Made by a program: the position numbers and the translations under genes. A stretch of DNA of 64,000 nucleotides from an uncultured virus (IMG/VR IMGVR_UViG_3300033075_001055) (lineage: Duplodnaviria; Heunggongvirae; Uroviricota; Caudoviricetes). Below, one piece after another: positions 8,717 to 18,187 of this stretch (positions are counted from its first letter, which is position 1; each line of letters begins with the position of its first letter). The DNA lies in IMG/VR virus record IMGVR_UViG_3300033075_001055; one strand, 5' to 3'. The notes beneath the pieces are model-generated. The model ran no database searches, was not told the DNA's origin, and saw nothing but the letters and a program-made list of their open reading frames with translations.

Positions 8717-10044
8717 ATGACTTCACTCATGGCAAGGTCCGTGCGGTGCATGGCATCCACAACGGTTTCAATGGACACGCCAGCTTCGCGCGCCGTCATG
8801 ACCAGCAAAGAGCACAGCCCCATTATCGCCGCGCCATGCTGTTCACTGGTGAGCCCTTTCGCTGTTCCTTTTTCGATGATGTGGCCGATTGCTTCGCCGG
8901 CCACTTTCGGATCGACTTTCATTTCATCGTCCCCTTCTCCGCTGCGATGCACTCGGGGAGGCGCAGAAAGCCGCCCCAGTTGTCAACCTTTGGGGTCTTC
9001 CTGAATGCCCCGCACGCCTCCTGCCGATCATCGACGCATGGACATCCACCGCAATGCGTATCCGTAGCCGGCGCGATGTCGATGGTGATTAGGCGCTTGG
9101 CTGGTGACATTCCGCCCTCCTTTGTGCATCCACGCACTCAGACAGGCGCAGCATTATGGGCGCAACACTAGACTGTCGCAGATGCCAGGCTCCCGATTGC
9201 GCCGCCGGTTTTGGCTCCAGTGTTTTGTCGAAGCCAGTGCAAACACGCCCGACGCCTAGCCGGCACTTTCCGCACTCTGTCGCGCTTCCTGGTTCGGCGT
9301 AGACTCGCAATGCAAACCCAGCCAACGCACTCGGAACCAGGCTCGCTATCAGCTCGGCGCGGGTCATGGGGACACCTTGCGCTCGGTTTTGTCGACGAGT
9401 CCATGCGCCTGACAAAACTCAGCTCGCGATTGGATGGCTTCCGGGGTGAACTTCGCCGCTTCGTCCCTGCATTCTTGGATGTGCGCCTTCCAGGCCGCAT
9501 CTAGCCACTCCATTGCCTTTCCGTTCATGTTCAGCGTCCCCTTGCCAAACAGACCGCAGTACGGACACTTCCAATCCATCAAAGCCTTGATCTTGATCTC
9601 GCTCATGTTCTCCCTCTCCTCCCACCCCACCCCGCAGCCCTGATGCAAGAGCGCGTTCGTGGCGGTTGCACGGGGGCTGCGGGGTGGACCGGGCGGCATC
9701 CCCACGTATCCGCACAGAGCCTTGCTGAACTCGCTGCGCACTATCAGACACGGAAATCCAGCGTGTCGCCACTCTTTGCGGTCTGGCTCAGTCTTCCAAG
9801 GTTCCGTCTGCATTGTCCTCTCCTTTTCCTTCGATTAAACAGGCGCTCCCAGGCACACGCCCGAGACCGGACACGCAACGCGGCACTGATCAGAGTCCGT
9901 CGCGTTCCGTGAGACAACCTCGCGCCTAATTGACGGGCGCTGTCAGTCACTCGACCGACAGACCGCGGACAGCTGAAAACATGAACACAACGAAAGCGAG
10001 AAGAACGATGTGCTTGCTGTCTGCGGCGCTTATGCACGCCCAAG

Positions 10045-10196
10045 TGCGCCGGGATGGAATCGAACCACCTCAGTGTCTTGTTATCGGCTTTGATGGCCAT
10101 CGCAACCGACTCCTTCATGGGTTGCCGCTAGCAAGCATCCCAAACGACACAACCGTTTCACCACGGTCCAGGATACCGCTCCTGGCTTCACGGCGC
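10045..10196 (-). ncRNA. tRNA-like structured RNA (about 152 nt) of unknown class
   Basis: 5' GCGCCG pairs with 3' CGGCGC-A; canonical T-arm GGTGG-TTCGATT-CCATC; expanded multi-hairpin interior without a standard anticodon arm. Confidence 0.55.
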
Positions 10197-10207
10197 GTGC
10201 TACTTCG

Positions 10208-10280
10208 CTCGGGTGGCTGGATTCGAACCAGCGACGCGGTGGTTAACAGCCACTTACTCTTCCGACTGAGTTACACCCGA
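10208..10280 (-). tRNA. trnN: tRNA-Asn (GTT), CCA not encoded
   Basis: cloverleaf: acceptor TCGGGTG/CACCCGA, D-arm ACTC/GAGT, loop CT-GTT-AA, T-arm GCTGG-TTCGAAT-CCAGC. Confidence 0.93.
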
Positions 10281-10873
10281 AAAACAAGCGGGGCGCGGTG
10301 TTCAATGAAGGGCGAACCTTAGACCCTGCCCGCGATTTGCACGGGACCACACCCGCGACCCTTTGCCGGCACGACGCTTGCCGCCGTGTCCTCTTGCGAG
10401 GCTTCTGGCTTCCGACCTAGCACATCGAATGACTACGCAGGCGCGTACGGGTTCTTGCGCCGCTTCGGTCCCGGAGCGCCGAAGTTAGCCGGCATGCTCT
10501 GCGCCTTGTCTTCGGTGCGACCGGGGATGACTTTAAAACCCTCATATCGGTGCTCCCAATCCATCTTGGGGATGTCCGTCGCGCGGATCTTGTTTGGTGT
10601 TGCGCGCAGAATCGGTGTCGTCGGATTCATTCTCGGTTGCATGTTCGTTCTCCCTGTTCTGTTAGTTCCCATACTTCCAAGCCATCGCAGCCACAACCAG
10701 CGCCGCAACAATGGCAACAATCGTTCCCGCGTTCTCACTCGGTTCCCGCCACCGAACCAGATGCCACACCCTATCAAGCCAGTCTGACAGCCGCACGGGT
10801 TCGCGGTGCCATGCGAGTTCTAGGCGCGTCTCGGGCTGCAAACAGTGGGCGATTCGGACTCCAGTTAGGCGCA

Positions 10874-11218
10874 TCACATCCAGCCGCTGTCGGACTGCCG
10901 GGTGATGACCGATTCGCTTCCATCGTACTCTTCGATTCTGACATCGCCGTCTACTTCCATCACTTGCAACCCATCAGCGCCCAGCATGCAGACATGTTCA
11001 GCATTAAACTTTTCTGCACACTCTTCCCGCAGTCGCGCCAGCAAAGGGTGCAGTTGATACCCGGGCAAGTCGCTGCATTCCCTATCCTTAAAACTCCCGC
11101 CGCCCTCAATGAACTCCACGATCGGCTGATAGGTGAGCATGTACTTGGCCACTTCGCCATCGTTCCAGGTCGTCCACCCGGCCCCGAATCCAGGGCTATA
11201 CAAAATCTTTCTCGTCAT
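10874..11218 (-). CDS. conserved phage hypothetical protein
   Basis: YSPGFGAGWTTWN and IEEYDGSESV motifs recognised from phage proteins. Confidence 0.7.
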   Translation of the reverse strand: MTRKILYSPGFGAGWTTWNDGEVAKYMLTYQPIVEFIEGGGSFKDRECSDLPGYQLHPLLARLREECAEKFNAEHVCMLGADGLQVMEVDGDVRIEEYDGSESVITRQSDSGWM

Positions 11219-12060
11219 GGTCTCACCTTACCGTCCTCGTAGTACGCAAACTTTCGCACCGACTCCCGCAACTCCGACGCGCAGCAGATCATTCCCCACA
11301 TCGCGGATAGGGCTGCGTCGCGGTCTCTTTGCGCGTCGTGTAGCTGACTGCACACCGACTCAAACTGTTCGCGCACGTGCTCCCGGTCCGCGTCGGCTTC
11401 GATGGCGCGCTTAATTGCGGCGTCGCGGTCGGACTCGGCTTTCTGGCGCGCTTCACGTTCGCGGTATACCATCTGCACAGCCACGTTAGACACGATGCAC
11501 CCCCGTTTCCGAATCCGCCACCGGCTCAGGTACCGACCCGTCTGGTAGCGCGTGGTGGGTCGCGGTGGTTTGCTCAGTCAGGGCTGAGAGCAAAGCCGCG
11601 CGCCATGCTTGGTCTGTGCAGTGCCAACTCTGCAATACGCGCGTCTCTCCGAACGTTTCCTGCCATGCGTTCCAGGTGGCGACTGCATGGACCCGGCGCA
11701 ACTCCATGTCCAGAAAGACCGTGCTGGCATCGGTCCATTTAATGCCAAGCCACACGCCATGGATTAACCCAGCCGCGCACTTGGCTGCAAACTGCAATGG
11801 GGTCATTTCGTCACCGCCTTTCGGATGTAGCGCCGTGACCCATTTCCGCGGCGGGTCTCCTCGCTGTTGTGCTTGTAGAAATTGGCCTTGCTTCCGTACT
11901 TGCTCACCACGCGCCACTGCATCGGTGTTTCGCCCTCAATGCGTCCGGTCCAGATAACCTTGTCTGCCGGGCCAGACACGCACCAGTGATATCCCTCGCA
12001 ATACTCCACCTCGTCGCCTACTTTGAACATCGCGCGCTCCGTGCCCAGTGGGCGAAGGGG

Positions 12061-12330
12061 TTAGGCTGCTGGAGTCCAACCGACATACTTGATGTATCGA
12101 ACATTGCACGGCACGTCTAAACCGGCCGTGAACGCGTACGGCTGACCGACAAAGGTGGTTCCGCGCTCTCGCGCAACCGCGCGTTCAATCTCAATATCCG
12201 AAAAGCGCGTCCCATCCTCGTTAAACACACCACCGCGCAATAGATTGGCCTCATGACTGCGTTGCGCAGCGGCTTCAATCAGTTCGGCGATGGTGTTGAA
12301 TCGGTTTTGCTGCCAGCGGTTCGTTTCCAT
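12061..12330 (-). CDS. hypothetical protein (leaderless)
   Basis: preceded by TTGCGC-N17-TACAAA-N6-ATG. Confidence 0.55.
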   Translation of the reverse strand: METNRWQQNRFNTIAELIEAAAQRSHEANLLRGGVFNEDGTRFSDIEIERAVARERGTTFVGQPYAFTAGLDVPCNVRYIKYVGWTPAA

Positions 12331-12388
12331 GCACCATTTGTATTACAGCCCGATTTAGAGCGCAAGATAAAAATGCACGGACGCGAGA

Positions 12389-12778
12389 TTATTTCTGTAC
12401 ACCGTCGCTGCGTGCGCTCGATAACAGCGCCTTTACCCGACACGGCTGCAACTTCATCTTGGCCGCGATCTGCTCCACATCCAACCCGCGAGCCTTCAGC
12501 TTCAGCGCTTTCACGCGTCGAGGGCTGGTCAGTTTGCGGTTGCGCTGACCGGGGATCTTGTCGGTGGCCCCAGGAGGACGGCCGCGCGGAACTTTGATCT
12601 TCGCCTCTCTGCACAACCTGGACAACGTCGGGCGCGATGGGACATATTTTCCGTCGATACTCAACGCGTCCGCGGTCTTTTTCAGTGACCGATACTGGCG
12701 CAGTAGTCCGATGATGTACGCTGCTTCGTCCGCCGTCAGCACGCGGACCCATTGCTCTGTCTGTTCTGCCGTCTTCAT
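12389..12778 (-). CDS. HTH DNA-binding protein
   Basis: two HTH-like segments (SLKKTADAL...; GLDVEQIAAKMKLQPCRVK) and an RGRP AT-hook-like motif. Confidence 0.6.
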   Translation of the reverse strand: MKTAEQTEQWVRVLTADEAAYIIGLLRQYRSLKKTADALSIDGKYVPSRPTLSRLCREAKIKVPRGRPPGATDKIPGQRNRKLTSPRRVKALKLKARGLDVEQIAAKMKLQPCRVKALLSSARSDGVQK

Positions 12779-12962
12779 GTGGCGCTACTATCGTCAGCGT
12801 GGGACCTTTTTGCAAGCACAATCCGCGGCCCGATCCACTCCGCGACCGTGGGCTGCGTCTGAACCACGCCCGCCGCCAGTTCCCTGCGCGCGGCTTCGCG
12901 TCGGCTCTCGGGCTCGCTTAGGTCCGCGATGATGTATTGTAGGTAGTGGCGGCGGGACATGG

Positions 12963-13367
12963 TTAAGGGCTGACCGGCGGTTTGATCTCGGGCAGGTTCA
13001 GCGCCTTGGCCATCGCGCGGCACACATCGCCGAACAGATGGTCTTTGCGCTGCTGTTCTGGCGGCAGTTCCGAGTAAGGCACCATGCATGGGTGCGTCTT
13101 CGCTTCTGGATCCTTGACCGTGCCATAGACCCATCCCTCTGCGCGCTTCTGGCTCATCCAGGATTCGTGGCTCTGCTCTGGGGTGTTGCCGTAAAACAAC
13201 ACCCCGACAACGCCCTTGGCCGCGCTGTCTTTTTGCCAGTCGGGCGCGTCGTCCCATGGCTTCTGCGACAGGTCGCCGATGCTCTCGCAGTACGCGCGGT
13301 TTGCGTCGTGACAAGCCGCTGCGATGTACTTCGCTTGCTCTGAACTCAGATCGTAAATCGTGGTCAT
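12963..13367 (-). CDS. RyR domain protein
   Basis: HESWMSQKRAEGWVYG..KD..AKTHPCMVPYSELPPEQQRKD is the RyR-repeat signature. Confidence 0.88.
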   Translation of the reverse strand: MTTIYDLSSEQAKYIAAACHDANRAYCESIGDLSQKPWDDAPDWQKDSAAKGVVGVLFYGNTPEQSHESWMSQKRAEGWVYGTVKDPEAKTHPCMVPYSELPPEQQRKDHLFGDVCRAMAKALNLPEIKPPVSP

Positions 13368-13749
13368 GGTCTGTCTCCTCTATTTGAGCCAGTTCTCGAT
13401 GTCACGAATGAGGGCCAGCACCTTCTCCGCCTTCTCTTCGTTGCCCTGCCCGACGTACTTCCGACGCGCTGATCGTGCCTGCGCGATCATCTTGCGTAGG
13501 TCGTTCTCGGGGCTTCGATCCGGGCTCCGCTCTGGTTTCTTGTCCGCTTGGGTCGCCATGTTCACGTCCTGGGTGCTGATTCTCGGTTGAGGTAAATCAC
13601 TTGCGTCTGGTCTGGCCATGTTTCCAGAGTGATTTGACGCACGTTCCCGTTGCAGTCACATCCCTCGCTCTGCGTCTTGCAATCGCCGAATCCTTGCGCC
13701 TCGAACACTTGCAGCGCCTTGATCAGTTCGGAGCACGTCAGGCTTTCCA

Positions 13750-14058
13750 TTACTCCCCCTTGCCTTGCTCGCCCTGCCCGCTGTTCCGCAGCCGCTTGTA
13801 CGCCTCTTTGTGCAGTTTGCGCGCCATCTTTTGGTCTTCGCGGTACGGCTTCTGTAGTTCTTTTACCTTCATGACCAGCGGCGCAAGGTCTTTGTCTTCC
13901 TGTTCTGCGATTTTGCTTTCTTCCAGCTCGCGCCCTGCCCGCGCTTGGATCTCGCGCAGTTGTGCGGGCGATGCGCGGTCCAGTTCTTCACGGTCGCGCG
14001 GGGTTAGTCCGCTTGTGTCCTTCGTGTCTTGCTTCGGTTCTCGTCGAGTCTTGGTCAT
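13750..14058 (-). CDS. hypothetical charged protein
   Basis: GAGG RBS; TAATG overlap with the downstream gene. Confidence 0.55.
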   Translation of the reverse strand: MTKTRREPKQDTKDTSGLTPRDREELDRASPAQLREIQARAGRELEESKIAEQEDKDLAPLVMKVKELQKPYREDQKMARKLHKEAYKRLRNSGQGEQGKGE

Positions 14059-14480
14059 CCTCTATTCCTCCTCGCTGATTGCAAACTTCGGGTGAGGGCC
14101 GGTGAATTTGGCCGTGATGTCGGTCGGGGCCACCTCGGTTGCTTGGCCGAGATAGATGCGGCTACCGCCTTTGGAACCAGTTCCACCGAGGGACCAACTC
14201 ACGCCGCAGTTCGATCGGGTTCTTGAATCCGGCCCCGTAGATGATCTCATGCAGTTGCTCGGCCATCGTCTATTCCTCGCTCTCGTCGTCCGTGTCGTCG
14301 CTGTCTTCGTCGTCTGTCTCGTCCGCGGCATCCGTGCCCGCGTCAGGGTCTTCCCCGTCCAACCAACGCTGAACACGTTTCGCGCTCTCGCGCGTCCCCG
14401 TGCTCATTTGCGGGTCATCGCATCGCGCCACAAGCACTTGAATGTCATCTCTCGGGGCTGCGTAGTTGTCCATCTCTCCC

Positions 14481-14810
14481 TCACTTCTGCGCCACGCGGG
14501 CGCGGGTTAGTTCCTCGCATGCTTTCCAGAACAGCGCCTGCCACAGGTCCCCGCTATCTGACCAGCAATCTTCCGAGGTCTCGAATTCCCACTGATCGTC
14601 TGCGTACGACTCGCGCAACGGGGGAACATGCCGCACGCGCGAGTACCACGTAAACAGCACCGGCTTCCCGCTGTGCCACGACTTCACGTCGATTTCTAGG
14701 TCGGCGTATTTGTCAAGGCTAGAATCTACCGTCAGGCGCACGTCTGTCCGGTCGTCCTGCCAATCGTTCAGCGTGCGTTGAATCTCGTCTCTGATTTCGT
14801 CCCAGGTCAT
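14481..14810 (-). CDS. hypothetical protein
   Basis: strong GAGGAGAGGA RBS. Confidence 0.6.
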   Translation of the reverse strand: MTWDEIRDEIQRTLNDWQDDRTDVRLTVDSSLDKYADLEIDVKSWHSGKPVLFTWYSRVRHVPPLRESYADDQWEFETSEDCWSDSGDLWQALFWKACEELTRARVAQK

Positions 14811-14856
14811 CGCCCGTTCCTCTCCTCTATCAAAATTTTCTTCGCGTCCGCCACCC

Positions 14857-15201
14857 CTATGCGAGTTTTCCGCCGTGCCTGAATGCCCGGGTCGCGTTGT
14901 ATGCCATCTTCACGCGCACGGCTTCGTCAATGTCCACGCCGTAGGTCTGCGCAGTGTCCAGTGTGCGGATCAGGATGTCGGCCAGTTCCTCTTCGCGGCA
15001 GGTCAGCGGACGCAGCCCAAGATCGGTCATCTTTTGAGCCTTGTCGCATGGTTTGTCGTCTTCGCCCTTGCGCCACGCTTCCCAGAGTTCGCTAATCTCT
15101 GAGTGCAGGTTCATCAGGTACTTGGCAAGGTCGGGCGCTCCCGCATGCCACCCCATGGTCACGTTGAAATCGTAAATCTTCTTGGCCAGTTCGTTCAGCA
15201 T
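14857..15201 (-). CDS. MazG-like (all-alpha) nucleotide pyrophosphohydrolase
   Basis: HSEISELWEA...EEELADILIRTLD...KMAYNATR motifs. Confidence 0.85.
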   Translation of the reverse strand: MLNELAKKIYDFNVTMGWHAGAPDLAKYLMNLHSEISELWEAWRKGEDDKPCDKAQKMTDLGLRPLTCREEELADILIRTLDTAQTYGVDIDEAVRVKMAYNATRAFRHGGKLA

Positions 15202-15232
15202 TGTTCACCTTTCTGCGCCACGCGGGCGCGGG

Positions 15233-15664
15233 TTAGTTCTCATCTGCCAACGTCAGCACGAACTCAACGCGCGGATCGTCGGCATCCTTCCGCAATCGCG
15301 AGCCATCCCACGACACGATCCATTTATCATCCGCCACGATGCCCGCCTCCTGTAGCACATCGCCGAGCCCTTGATAGTACCCGCATGCGTCCCCGCGCAG
15401 GGCATCGCGATAGAACAGCGCCGCGCAGTTGACCGGGCGCGCGATCGGGGCGTGCTTGTTCTGTCGAGCCCACTGCATGAGCCTGGGCAGTACATCCTCG
15501 CGCCACTTACACCACGCCTCAGACGGCAGCGACTTTAGGAACTTGCCTACCATCTTGCGGCGCAGACTGTTCTTCTTCGTGCGCGGGGCTCCGGGGATGA
15601 TCAGTGCCACGGGTGTGAACGCCTCGCCGGATGCTTGCGCGCGGCGGCTGCTTGCTCTGGTCAT
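15233..15664 (-). CDS. rusA: RusA-like Holliday junction resolvase
   Basis: PGAPRTKKNS, D..GYYQGLGDVLQEAGIVADD and PRVEFVL motifs. Confidence 0.75.
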   Translation of the reverse strand: MTRASSRRAQASGEAFTPVALIIPGAPRTKKNSLRRKMVGKFLKSLPSEAWCKWREDVLPRLMQWARQNKHAPIARPVNCAALFYRDALRGDACGYYQGLGDVLQEAGIVADDKWIVSWDGSRLRKDADDPRVEFVLTLADEN

Positions 15665-15996
15665 CGTCCGAGCCTCACAAACTTTCCGTTGACCTCTACC
15701 GGGTTTGCGAACCACGTAACGCGCTTGCCGGTGTACCCGCACTCGTGACAGCCCACTGCCACATGCGAACATCCAGGATGGCAGTCGCAAGCACAGCCCG
15801 AACATGGCCCCGTCACTTTTTCATCCGTGGCTAGCAAATCCGGCTCGTAACAGTAGCCGGGCTGAATGACATAGACGCGGCGGCGGTCCAGTCCGAGACG
15901 TAGCACCGCGCGCCGGATTGCCTTGCGGTCTGCGTCGTCGCGTGTCTTGATTCGGACCATCGGCGCTTGCGCGCGGCGGGAGGATGCGCGGGTCAT
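15661..15996 (-). CDS. Cys-rich hypothetical protein
   Basis: CSGCACDC and GCHECGYTGK; coupled overlaps. Confidence 0.6.
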   Translation of the reverse strand: MTRASSRRAQAPMVRIKTRDDADRKAIRRAVLRLGLDRRRVYVIQPGYCYEPDLLATDEKVTGPCSGCACDCHPGCSHVAVGCHECGYTGKRVTWFANPVEVNGKFVRLGR

Positions 15997-16661
15997 GGCG
16001 ACACCAGTTTGAACGTCGTCACCCATACCCACGGGTTCTCGTCCCAGGACTCCGCACCGTAGACGGAGATCCACAGTAACTGAAACAAGAATCGGGGCGC
16101 GGTCGGGACCGCAAAACCCAACGCGCTGAGTATGGCCAACCCGTCGTCGGACTTCGCCCACCCCTCTACCCCCTCCGCCCTTGCGTCCTCTTCGCTGATG
16201 TCTTGCAGCCGCTCCACGCGCACCGCCAGCACGTCAAGGAGGTAGCGCGATGCCCAGCGTGGCATGTGGATCGATGGCGACCACCCTGCGCCAGTCGTAT
16301 CTCCGTGGCAGTCGGCGCGATATGTGGTGTGCTCTGGTCGTATCGGCTTACTGACAGAGGCCAACCATTCGTATTCCGCCGGTTCGTGCATGAAGGCTTC
16401 CCGCACCCAGATCCGATCGCCGGCCATGCCGTACGGGCTGCGCAGCGTGACGACACGAAAATCGTCAACGTCGGTCTGCAACTGAAACTTCCATTGCCCG
16501 TTGACCCGCCCCAGGTTTTTCGACAGCGGCCATTCGCCTAGCAACTTTTCGTAGTGCTGTAAATTAGGTCCACCCTTGACGAGTCGCCGCGTCTGCGTCT
16601 TCTCGCCCGTGCCAATCTTGCGCACCATCGCCCCGTTGAACAGCGCTGGATATTCTTTCAT
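15993..16661 (-). CDS. ASCH/PUA-like phage protein
   Basis: FNGAMVR...KTQTRR, GDRIWVRE, WSPSIHMPRWASR and NPWVWV family motifs. Confidence 0.8.
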   Translation of the reverse strand: MKEYPALFNGAMVRKIGTGEKTQTRRLVKGGPNLQHYEKLLGEWPLSKNLGRVNGQWKFQLQTDVDDFRVVTLRSPYGMAGDRIWVREAFMHEPAEYEWLASVSKPIRPEHTTYRADCHGDTTGAGWSPSIHMPRWASRYLLDVLAVRVERLQDISEEDARAEGVEGWAKSDDGLAILSALGFAVPTAPRFLFQLLWISVYGAESWDENPWVWVTTFKLVSP

Positions 16662-17021
16662 CACCCCACCCCCATCACTCCCGCCAGCACAAGCCCAGAC
16701 GCGACACCCCACAGGACCATGCACGCGGCGCAGAATAGCGCCTTGACCAGCCACGGACGCAAAAGCCAGCCCGCGACAAATGCCAGCACGAACAGCAGTC
16801 GATGTATCCGGCGGATCATGGCCGTCCTCCCGTCGCTTCGTCGATCTCGTCCACGGTCGGCGGCCAGGCGTGGTCCAACTTGGCGAGCGTTTTCTTGCGC
16901 TGGTCTCCATCTTCGCGCTTGAACCGCCACACGACCGGCGGCTTGCCTGTGCCAACCAGCGGCTTCAGATTCCGTTCATAGTAGTCACCGCGCAGGATCG
17001 CGGCTCTGATTGCTGGCGTGC

Positions 17022-17276
17022 TCACGGCTGCCACCCTTTCGGCATCTTCCACCCAGCCGCGAGCGCAGACTTTGCCCACTCCGGCAGCGGAACATTGCTC
17101 TGCGCGACCTTTAGCGCCGCGTTTGCTGCGCGTAGGGCCTTGGTTGCGTCGGCGCGCGTTTCCCAGACATAACCGCCGTTTTCGTAGCTGCTCGGCTTGA
17201 CTGTCTCATGCGCTGCTCGGCTCGCGATGTGATGTGGTTCGCGCGCCTCGTCGATGACCAACCTATCTTTGCTCAT
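17022..17276 (-). CDS. hypothetical protein
   Basis: AGGA RBS; follows the methyltransferase. Confidence 0.5.
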   Translation of the reverse strand: MSKDRLVIDEAREPHHIASRAAHETVKPSSYENGGYVWETRADATKALRAANAALKVAQSNVPLPEWAKSALAAGWKMPKGWQP

Positions 17277-17306
17277 AGTCCTAGCCTCTCTTGCTTCATC
17301 GGGGCG

Positions 17307-18185
17307 CTACTCGAACAGCGATGGTTGACGGTCTGCCGACGCTTCTGTCAGGTTGCGCACCGCTTGCTCGTAATAACTCGTCTTCAGCTCTGCCCCGATG
17401 AACTTCCGCTTCATCTTCAGCGCCTCATGCCCTTCCGAGCCAATGCCCATGAACGGCGACCAGACCACATCTCCAGGGCGACTCCACAAGAACAGCAGCC
17501 GGCGAATGACCTCCAGTTGCAACGGGCAGATGTGGCGCTCGTCGTCGTGTTCGCGGGCACTTCGGTATTGCAGCGTGTCCGACGGGTCGATGTCCATCCA
17601 AATCGGGCTCGCGTACTTCTGCCAAAGGTCTACGGGGAACTCTTCCGCTGTGTGTTCGATGGGGTCTGGGTTCTGCCCTGGTTTGCGCATCGTCACCACG
17701 TAGTCAGGGATTCCCTGCCGGCTCATGGCGCTGTCTTTCTTGATCTGTTTGTGCAGCAGCCCGAGGGCCTTGGTCCGCTGCATCGCCGTGACCGGGTCTT
17801 TCCATATCACGACTTCGGAATGGAAGATGAAGCCAACCTCATGATACGCGCGGATGATGTCGCCCCGGAAGTCGCGCAAACCGATGTACCCGTCGCGCTC
17901 TTTGCTCGTCGGCATGAGCATGCAATGAATGCTGACGTTGCGCCCTGGCTTCATCGCCCGCATCTGTTCGCGGATCAGGTGCTTGTAGTGCTCGAAGAAC
18001 TCCGCATCGTCTCGACAGTTTCCCATGTCGCGCGGGCTATTGCTGTAGGTGTACAGCGATGCAAACGGCGGCGAAAACACAGAGAAATCGACGCTGTTAT
18101 CCGGGATGCCCTTCGCCACGTCTACCGTGTCGCCATGGTAAACGGACCATGTATCTGTCAGATGCTGCGCTACGATGTTTCTCAT
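17307..18185 (-). CDS. DNA N4-cytosine/N6-adenine methyltransferase (beta class)
   Basis: catalytic SPPF N-terminal to SAM-binding PFMGIGSEG; GAEL motif. Confidence 0.9.
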   Translation of the reverse strand: MRNIVAQHLTDTWSVYHGDTVDVAKGIPDNSVDFSVFSPPFASLYTYSNSPRDMGNCRDDAEFFEHYKHLIREQMRAMKPGRNVSIHCMLMPTSKERDGYIGLRDFRGDIIRAYHEVGFIFHSEVVIWKDPVTAMQRTKALGLLHKQIKKDSAMSRQGIPDYVVTMRKPGQNPDPIEHTAEEFPVDLWQKYASPIWMDIDPSDTLQYRSAREHDDERHICPLQLEVIRRLLFLWSRPGDVVWSPFMGIGSEGHEALKMKRKFIGAELKTSYYEQAVRNLTEASADRQPSLFE

Positions 18186-18187
18186 GA

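Noticed and set aside
10045..10196. tmRNA or tRNA-Sec
   Set aside because: Much shorter than a tmRNA and without a convincing tag frame or G3-U alanine identity pair; no TCA anticodon arm.
12328..12348. Shared TGTAATACA...(A/G)TGGAAACG between the 12330 gene start and the transposase start
   Set aside because: The match is short and partly explained by -10 box and start-codon constraints; not enough to claim co-regulation.
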